A stretch of 64,000 bases of DNA from Flaccisagitta enflata (lineage: Eukaryota), in the NCBI GenBank assembly GCA_965153355.1, contig OZ231126.1, positions 44,268,001 through 44,332,000 on the forward strand. Direction: 5' to 3'. The notes beneath the pieces were generated by a model that saw nothing but the letters and a program-made list of their open reading frames with translations, made no database searches and was not told the origin of the DNA. The number at the start of each line of letters is the position of its first letter. Within the stretch, counting starts at the first letter, position 1. Of this stretch, positions 54,786-64,000 are shown in pieces. The translations under genes and the position numbers were made by a program.

Positions 54786-57700
54786 TTATTTCTTCCCTTT
54801 CCCTTTTGTCTTCGCGTTGTTTTTCGATTTGACCACCGGTTTCGCTTTCGTTTTCGCCGCCGGCTTTTTGTTTTTCGCCGCTGCCGCCGTCACTTTACCA
54901 CCGACTCCTTTTCCGGCTCCTTTACCTTTCGACGCGGCTGCAGACTTTTTCGACGCCGCTGCGGCTGCTTCTTTCTTTTTCTTGGCCGTCACTGCCGCAG
55001 CCGCCGCTTTACCCTTTCCGCTGCCAGTGGCGGCGGTTGCTGCCGTCGACACTTTCAAAGCCACGGACTTCTTCTTGTTCTTCGTCAGACTTTTTGCCAA
55101 AACGTCTCTGGCGGCCTTGACGGCTTTTACGGACACCACGGTTTTGCCCCTTTTCGCCGTTTTAAGAGTCTTTAACGCCGAGGAAGTTTCTCCTGGTTCT
55201 GCCGATAGATTACCCGCCGCTGCTTCTGTCCTCAACTTGACTTGCTTCTTTTTCGCCTTCGCCGCCTTTGCTGCTTTCGCCGCCCTCGCAACCGCAGTGG
55301 CCGCAGCAATCTTACTGACAGCAGTTTTCTTTGCTATCGTTGGTGCAGCTCCTTGAATGTTGCGTGCTGGCGTCGACTCTCTTGAAGATGGCGCTGATGC
55401 AACGGACTGGGTCTTACTCAATCTTCTTTCGCCGGCTTTGGGCGGTTTCAGCGCCGGAAAAGCTGAGGAGGTCGTCGTCAGCGCGTCAAGGGCTCCATCT
55501 GCATTGCTTTTGTCCTCTCTGCTGACAATCGGTGGCGTTTCCGTTGTTCTCATCGAGTAAGTCGTCATTGAAGTAGTAGTTTTAGCGAGAACATTGTCCA
55601 CTTGTTTCTCGAGTAAATTGAAGGTTTCGCTGATTGTTCCTTCATCAATTTCGTTTTTGTTTTTGTTCTTTTCCTCTTCTTTGGTTGTTTCTTCCTCCTC
55701 CTTCGCCGGCGCCGGCGTTTCTGACGCGGCAATTGCAGCATCTGCTGCAGCCGTGTGGTTGTCAAGAACCGACGCAACTGTGGAAGCTACTTCAGCGGCA
55801 GTTTTCTTTTTCGTTACAACGATGCCCGCGGCTGCATTCGCCGCATCGGCCTCGGTTGAATCTTTCACGATTTTGATCACTACTTTATCCACTTTGTAGT
55901 AATGCCGCTGAAGATTCCAGAATTGGGAAAAGGTATTTCCACAAACACGGCAGACGGTGTCTTTGCGAGTGACATGCACCACTTTGCCCGTTGTCTCCGT
56001 GAGAGCGTCCCAGAAGTTAGGAGGGACGTCGACTTTCTCCGGCGACAATTTCGGCAGTGGAGAAGATGAAGAGGCAACTAGTGAAGCGTTGTTGGGGACA
56101 TCGGTGGCAACATCATCAGTAGCCGTCTTTGAAACATTTGTTTTGGCGGTTTTGGTGGTGTTTTTCGCAGGGGTTGATATGATGGTGGAAGTCAAAGAAG
56201 TGGAAGGTGTTGCAGTTGGAGTATCTGTTGTTGAAGTAAGTGGGATTGGTGACAAAGGGGTTTTCTCCATAGTGGCGGATGTAAAGACTGAATTAGACCC
56301 TTTAGACGACTCGATGGATGCAATTGTGGATGGAGCTTCAAGATTCGCGGAAGCTGACTTTGCAAGGATAGTTTCCTGCGATGTTTTGTCTGCTTTAACT
56401 TTGGCGATAGCGAACGATGAGTTTGCCTTCTTACCGACATCTTTTGGCGCTTCTGTTTTTGACGTCGTTCGCGTCATCCTCGTCGTCGTCGTCTTCGTCG
56501 CCGTCTCTTCATCGGTCGGCGATTGTTGTTTTGACTTGGCATAAAAGGATTTCGCTTGCAAGGCTTTGACGACTTTGATGGCGTGAACGGCGCCTCCACT
56601 TTTTAGCGCGTCAACTGCGGTTTTATACAAAACGGCACTTTCTTGCTCTTCCGCCGCTGCCGCTGTCGTCGACGCCTCAGTGTCAGTGACGCCGTCTTCT
56701 GGCAATGCCGTTGCATCTTCTTCATTAGCAGCGTCGTTCTTGTCATTATTGTCTGCAGTGATGGCGTCGGCTGACTGATTATTAGCTTCAAGACCATCTT
56801 TCGTAGCTTCCTTTTCATCCTCATTTCCTTCAATGGATTCGTTTTTGAGGGAATCAACGTCTGTAACGAGAATTGCATCTTCCTCATCGTCCTCTTTTTT
56901 CTTTTCAACAGCAGTAGAGATGTTATCGTCAATCTCCACGTCTTTCGCATCACTGGGAGCTGCAGCTGCCGCAGCTGCCGATGTAGTACTTGGTGCTGGT
57001 GCTGCCGCTTCCGTCGATGACTGCTTCTTGTTGCTTCTCCTTCTTGAACCGAAAAACAATCTGGCGGTTGCTCTTTGTTTGGAGCGACGCTTTCTGGCGG
57101 CTGGAGACTCATCGCGCAGAGAAGAGGAGGATGCGGAAGAAGGGAAACGCTTCCTCTCGGACTCTAAATTGGCCGAATTGGAAGTAGATGAAGAGGAAGG
57201 AGAAAGACACCGATCAGTTTCCTCTTTGAAGCTTTGCGCTGGCTTCTCGTCATCGTCTCCCTCCTCAACCTCCTCCTCCTCCTCCTCTCCCTTTTCTCCT
57301 TCGTCAACTATCATCTTGTCGTTGTCTTTTTGCTCCTCTGTTGTGATAGACTTCTTCTCAATCTTAACATCCTCTTCCTCTTCTCCCTTTGCCGTCTCCT
57401 CAAACTCGGCATCATTTTCTTCACCCGCTTCCTCTTCCTCTTCTGCGTCGTCTTCCTCGGTAGTTAGCCTGTCCTTGTTGTGGCCCATCAACGCTTCTTT
57501 GCGCAGTGTTTTCTGCGGCGTCAACATGTCGTTACTGATTCCGTGTTGCTCCTTCAGCAATCCATGAATGAGACTGGTCTCGCTTTCCGCGCCGGCGCCA
57601 ACTAAGCCACGAATCTCCACCGACCGACCGTCGGAAGCCAGCTTCACCAACTCTCTCGTCGTGAAGGCGATTGCTTCTTTCAGGCCGCCCGATCGACGAG

Positions 57701-58469
57701 TCACGCGACCCATCAAACGGTCTTTCACCGTTCTCTTATCCTCGTAAATTGGTGAAGGCGTTTTTGATGGAGAGGTTGCGGCGATTGCCGTCGACGTTGA
57801 GGCGGTTACTGCTGGTGCAGCAGAGGCTGCTTCAGAGGAAGCTGCTGAAGCATTTGAAAACGTCAATGACGGTTTTTCAGTGAGGGTTGAAGCATGTACA
57901 TTGGTTGCAAGTGCAGGCTTTTTCACCACCGCATCTTCCTTAATGATGGAATTGCTTCCTTCTGCAACTGTCGCTGCAGCAGTTGTAATTGTCATCGCTG
58001 TGGCAACTCCTGATGCCACGCTTATCGCGATACCGCCTCTGACTGCTGCCAGTCTCGGTCGCTTGGCTTTGTTGTTAAGTTTCGCTTTTTCTTCAATCAC
58101 TTTTCTCTTTTGTCCCAAATGCAATGAGTTGAGAAATTGCTCTTTTGATTCCTCGTCGAATTCGTCATTGTCCATCGATGTCGTCATTATCGGAGGAGGG
58201 AGAGAAGGAGGAGGAGGAGAGACAGCTGGAGGAGGTGTTGAGATTTCTCCAGTCAAACTTGTTTTGACGTTTGGTTTCTCCTTAACGACGTTTTGCATTT
58301 CTTCTTTGTCTTCTTCCTCTCCAACTAAATCTACTACAGTTTGTACAACTCCCTTATTAGCCTCATCGCTCGCTCGGCCTAAAAGCTGTTTGGACGCAAC
58401 TTTCTTCGTATCCACTCTTTCCTCGACGTCGATCGCCATTGTTTTGCCGCTGTTGCTGCCACGGGGGAG

Positions 58470-58564
<95 letters not shown>

Positions 58565-61500
58565 GAGGACTTGGTGACCGTTGCAACTTCTGCTGCAATT
58601 TGGGGGTTGTTGCTGAAGCTGCCGCATGAATCAAAGTCGGCGAAGGCGGGGAGCCGGTTTTGCCTTTCAAAATCGTTGGGGATGATTTTGAAGCCGCCAT
58701 CGCCATTGCCGCCGCCGCCAATTCGGGCGTCGAAAGCTTCTTGCCTTTGGATGTTGGGACGAGCGGCTTGAACTTGCCTTGGGCTCCCGTCGGAACCACT
58801 CCGACTACAGCTCCTCCCATGGCTCTCTCCAGCGCCTGTTGACAGATCAAGCGCGACTTCTCTTCGGCCGACAATTGCAACTTAATTTGACGACCTTCCG
58901 TATCTCGTGCACGTGTACCAAAGAGAGGCACGCTTGGCGACTGCTGCTTCTGCTGCGACGTTCCCGCTGTTGCGGCAGCAGCAGCCGCCGTTGGCGATGA
59001 CGTGGATTGCCGCTGTTGGCGAACGTTTTTCAAGGCGTCATTGACACGCTTCTTGTAGAGCGAGTGAAGAGGCGATTTTGGGGCAGTCGTTAATTTCACC
59101 AGAGACGGTGGTTGTTGTTGTTGTTGTTCTTCATCCTGCTGGTTGGTTGTCTTATCATCAGGTTTGCTCTTCAGTGGAACAAGATGCGGTGGCATATTTG
59201 GTGGAGGAGTTTCTGTTCCACTGTTTTCATCATCGGTGGGTTGTTCAGGCGCTTCAACAGCCGCCGTTGCTACTGCGGCGGCAGAAGTGCCGCCTAACGC
59301 TGCCGCATTTATCGAAGTTTTGGCAATGCGAATTTTGATCGGAGGGTCGCGTTTTCTCTGTTTGGACAAGTCGGAAGTAGACGAAACGATGTTCTCCTGA
59401 GTATCATCTTCATCTGTTGGAGACATGCTGGAAGCGATCGCCGCATCCGCTGATGTGGAAGGCATGTTGGGGAAGGACGAATTAGAGGTTGAGGAGGAAG
59501 AATCTTCACTCTCATCCATGATTGGATGAGCGGATGCCGCAGAAGCATCTTTGCCCTTTGAAGGAGAAGTGGATGCCTTCGGGAAATTGGAACTTGTCGT
59601 CATACCATCATGCACCGTTTTCATATGATGTTTGTGTTGTTTATAACTATGGAATGTCATGCCGCAGTGGGAGCAATTGGGAATGTTATGCTTTTGAGCG
59701 ACGTGCATTTCTAACTTGGTGGCATTCTTGAAGGATTTATCGCAGTGATGACAGAAAAATTTATTGACGGTCTGATTGGCAACTGTGGCCGCGTGGACGT
59801 CGGCCACGTGATTGACGAGAATATTGGCGCCGTTGAAGGTCGCAGGACAAAGAGAACATTCAAACAGGTTGGCGTCAATCAAACTCTCCATTTCCGACTT
59901 ATGAGCGACTACCAGATGGCGTTCGTACATGGCCACCGCCTGCATGGTGAAGGGAATCTGGCAGAATTTGCAGAAAACGTTCACTGATTCTTGCTGCTGA
60001 TGTTGAGACTGTTTATAGTGATGCGGTTTGGTGGACTCGTCCATCGACTCCTCCTCTTCACGCTCTTCCTCTTCATCCTCCTCCGAAATAGGCCATGAAG
60101 GATGATGATGAGGCAGAGCAGCTTCTTTGGCGTAGTCAGTCGATAGAGGGCTGTCGTTGTTGACGTTGCCATAAGGACTGCCTTTAGCAGATCCACTTTT
60201 AGCGTCCCTTTTAAAGCCGACGTCTGCTGTGGAAGTACGTGTAGTAATTTCGCTACTCGCGCGTCTTTTCCCATCTTTTCCTTTTTCAATGCGCAATATG
60301 ATTCTGCCGGTTTCTGAAGCAGCTGCTCCTGCTGCCGCGGGCGACGTCGCTGCCGTTGCAGACGCTGGAGACTTCTCACCAGTTTTGTGGGAGTTATTGT
60401 TGTTGCCGGTGTAATGAGGTGAAAGTTGCTGCTGAAGCGTAAGCTGTTGTTGTTGTTGCTGCTGCTGTTGCAGTTGTTTTGGCGAATGAAAAGGAGATGT
60501 TATTTCCGACGGCGGATCGGTATCACCTGCAAGCATTTCGACATTAGAGGTGGCAGTAGTCGCGTATGGATCATCAACGCTCTCTCCTAAGTGGCGTTGT
60601 TGTTGCTGTTGAAACTTTTGAGCCGCTCCGTCCAGTATAATGATATCATCCTCAATTTCATTCTTGACGGTAATACCCAAGGGAGAGAGTAAAGGCGGTT
60701 GTTGATGTTGTTGTTGCTGCTGCTGCTGTGACGGCGATTGAATTATCAGAGGTTGCGGCGGCGGTGGAGGAGGTCGTTTGACTTTTCTTATGGCCATGTC
60801 TTCTCTTTTTGGAGCTCTTTTATGAGCAACCAGGAAATGATTGAATAGATCCAACTGACTCTCAAATTTGGAGCCACATGATTTACATTCAACTTCGATG
60901 TTTTCATCGATGGTAGAAATTTCCTCATCCTCATCCTCATCTTCGTTGTTGGTTGATTTATTCGAGGGAGCGGAAAGAGGTGTAGCTGGAGCAGGAGGCG
61001 GCGGCATTGTAGCTGCTGGAGGAGGAGGAGGAGGAGGAGGAGAAGAAACGTTTGCGGGTGTCGCTGCCGTCGCTGCCGTCGCTGTTGAGTCTTCTACAGC
61101 TCCCGGAAGAGAACGCAAAATGACCATGTCATAATCGGTGGGTTCTCTATCGTGAGCTAAGCGGAAGTGATTCTCAAAGAAGAAGCTGGATGAGAATGTT
61201 TTGCCGCAAACTCGACACTGAGTGGGCAATTTTCTCGGCGTGATACTGGCCGCCACCGCAGCCGCAGCAGCGGCAGCAGTGGAAGAGGAGGAGGATGATG
61301 ATGACGAGTCCATGGTAGTTGGAGTAGAAAGGCTTTGATTGAGAGTTTGATATTGCGGCCCTGGAGGCAAGTAAGGCGGTTGAGGCAAATGTGATGCAGT
61401 TGCTGCTGAAGCCGCATTTGCAGCCCCACCGCCTTCTCCCGCTGCCCCAACCAGCTGAATATACAAATCTTTTCTTTTTGGTCGTGTCTTATGGACGGCT

Positions 61501-62078
61501 TCAAAATGTTGTCTCAACGCGTGGAGGCTGCTGTACAAAACTGGGGTCTTTAAGGCGTGGCAATATTTGCAGCCTATAACGTAGAGAGCTTCTTGAGCGT
61601 GACGCGAGCGCACATGGCGCTGATACGCTTGCAAGTCGCGGTAAGTCATGGCGCAAGTACGACACACGAGATTCTCCGCCGCTTCGTCCAAAATCATTTC
61701 CGGATTGAGATATTTCACGTGCTCAGGATCCTGCATCGCCGCGTGCGGAGTTGGATGTTGCTGTAGCGGCAAGTGAGACGAGGTACCCGTTGCCGCAGCG
61801 TCGACCGCTGGCAACTCGGATCTTGCTTCATAGACGCCGCCTCCAGCGCCGCCTCGTGGATTTCCAACGTGATTCGATTTCATCGTTTCTCGCAAATAAG
61901 CTTCAAAATACGGCGAATTTTGCTGCAGCGTCGGAGGAATGACGCCAGCGTGCAGCGCGGCTTGCTGCGCTTTATTGATGCCACTCACCATATCGTGGAG
62001 TTGCAAGATACTGGAGGAAAGCCCCGCGGCGGCGGCAGCTGCGTGTTGATTATCGGGATTTTTGCCGGCGACTGACGG

Positions 62079-62175
<97 letters not shown>

Positions 62176-64000
62176 GATTGATGTCGATGGATAAGCGTTG
62201 GTTGGCTAGTCGATCTCTGATAAGCTGCCATGCCGGGGAAACCTTGAATGATATCTTCTTGGGTTAAATCGATAATTTCTCCCGTCTGGGAGGTCGCAAT
62301 TGAAGAAGAGGAGGAGGAGGCGGAGGCGGATGTCGGGATGGCAGCTTCACGCGGAAAATGCCTGAAAACCGTCGTTGGCGATTTATTGGCCATTTCTCGC
62401 GTGTACACCATCATTTTATTAGCCTCAGCGCCATCGTCTTGCGTCCTGTGCTGTTGCTGATTTCTCGGTGCATCCTGTTGTTGTTGGGAACTATGCTGCA
62501 TTTGGAGTTGCCTCAGCGATTGCTGCAACTGCTGATGTTGATTGGCGAGCAAATTGCTTTGAATCTTCTGCGTGATATGCATATCTCTTTGAGCCAGCTT
62601 CTTCTCGGCGTTCGCGGCAGCCTCGCTCAAAGCTTGCATATGGGCGTGAAGAGTCAAAGGAGGAGGAGGAGGAGGAGCGACGGATGCAGGAGGAAGAGGA
62701 GGAGTTGCGGACGCAGTCGCTATTGATGCGGGTGGAACAACAGGGGACGCAGCAGACGATCTTGGAATGGCGCCGCTGGCCTCTTGCTGCTGTTGCTGCT
62801 GCTGCTGTTGCTGTTGAGCGGCCCTCTTCTGAGCAGCAGCGGCAGCTGCTTGTTCCAAGATTCGCTGCGCATGCGCGTGTTTTTCCGCCATAAGCTGCGT
62901 CTCCAACTCCAAATTGGGTCTTCCGCCTTTGATTCCGCGCAAATCCTGATTCATGGCTTTGGCCAAAGCGATAGAAAAGCCGGCTCTCTCTTGAGCCAAT
63001 TCCGAGACTTTCAACTCCTCCGCCGACAATTCGCTGTTGTTCTGGCTGAGATTGTTGTTGTTTGTGTTGTAATTGTTGTTGAAGCTATTACTGCTGGGAT
63101 ATTTGGTTTGCTGCTGCAGCAACGACCGTTGAAGCGACGAAGATTCCACGTTGCTTTTACCTCCGCTTTGCTGCATTTGCATCTGTAGCAACTCGTTTTT
63201 CTTTTGCTGCAGCATTTGCATCTGCACTTCGGCGCTTTTCCGCTGTTGTTGCTTCATGTGCTGCAAAGGCGGCATTTCACCTTTTCTCGACTGAGGAACA
63301 TCCAATGTTCTCTTTTGCTGCAGCAAGGATTCCGCCGAAGCGCTGCGATGATGCTCCTGCAGCATACTGGAAGGAGATTTTGAGGACGAAGCTCTCAACG
63401 CGTGGAAAGCGGAGGAAGAGGAGGAGGAGGAAGTAGGAAGAGGAGCGATTTGGTTTGGTTTGATCAAAGGTGGATTCAATCCTTGCTGTATAGCGTATTC
63501 TCTCAACGACTTTTGTGCGTCGCCGATAAAGTCGCGCATCATCATTTCCTCCTCCTGATTCTTCGATGCTGCTGCAGCAGCTGCGGCGGCGGATGCTGCA
63601 ACTGCTGACACTGATGACGGGACTGGCGAGGATCCTGTAGAGACCGACGCTCGTTTCGACGCCAAGAAAGCCTGCAATCTCTCGACGCGCTCCTGAGAAA
63701 GCGATGCCGCCCCCAGAGTCTCGCGCTGTTGCTGCAGCAGAAGTTGCTTTTCCATCGCCGCGGCGCGAGCCTCCTCGCGATCGACGCTCGTGCTTCGTTG
63801 ATGATATTGTTGCTGCTGCCGTTGATTTCCGATGGAAGCGGATGACATCGACGATGTTGTTGATGATGACGCTGGAGTGGCGGCGACGACGAAGTTGAGG
63901 TCGATACTTCCGCTTTTAGTCGAGGACGCGTCATCGTCGGATTCTGATCCCCGACGAACGTGAGAGGAAGAGGAAGAGGAGGAGGAAGATTGTTGAATTG
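54786..64000 (-). CDS. Large C2H2 zinc-finger protein with polyQ/low-complexity regions (terminal exon; 5' part outside window)
   Basis: 3020-aa ORF whose frame stays open from 63848 to the window edge. About 9 dispersed C2H2 fingers (e.g. CRTC..HVRSRH, CRVC..HFRLAH, CSLC..HVADVH, CHHC..HVAQKH, CSHC..HMKTVH; the last, CRVC..HYYK, is degenerate), polyQ tracts, acidic stretches and a K/A-rich C-terminal tail. Confidence 0.92.

Noticed and set aside
54817-63934. Many plus-strand and alternate-frame ORFs
   Set aside because: Shadow ORFs of the large minus-strand zinc-finger exon.

Overview
Repeat-dense metazoan (invertebrate-like) genomic DNA; no prokaryotic features, rRNA, tRNA or CRISPR were seen. 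The main discovery is an 18,365-bp DNA transposon (21610-39974) with 193-bp terminal inverted repeats (4 mismatches) and a perfect 9-bp target-site duplication. It carries an intact 13-exon, 12-intron gene on the minus strand (37733->27755) that splices by hand into an 810-aa DDE transposase with a CxxH motif (hAT-like). The ORF track shows this gene only as scattered fragments. Its introns hold Helentron/HINE-like repeats and a 2.8-kb 18-bp satellite, and the element also carries decayed, possibly MULE-like exon remnants. The window also contains: a decayed intron-containing KDZ-type transposase pseudogene (~12.4-18.1 kb, minus); three exons of a small membrane-protein gene (5559->4013, minus); the >9.2-kb terminal exon of a giant polyQ/C2H2 zinc-finger protein (54786->window end, minus) with a hairpin MITE in its probable 3'UTR; and many nested non-autonomous elements (Transib-like, Tc1/mariner-like, hAT MITEs, and HINE-like repeats with varied minisatellite cargo). 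Family assignments come from motif recognition only; no searches were run.
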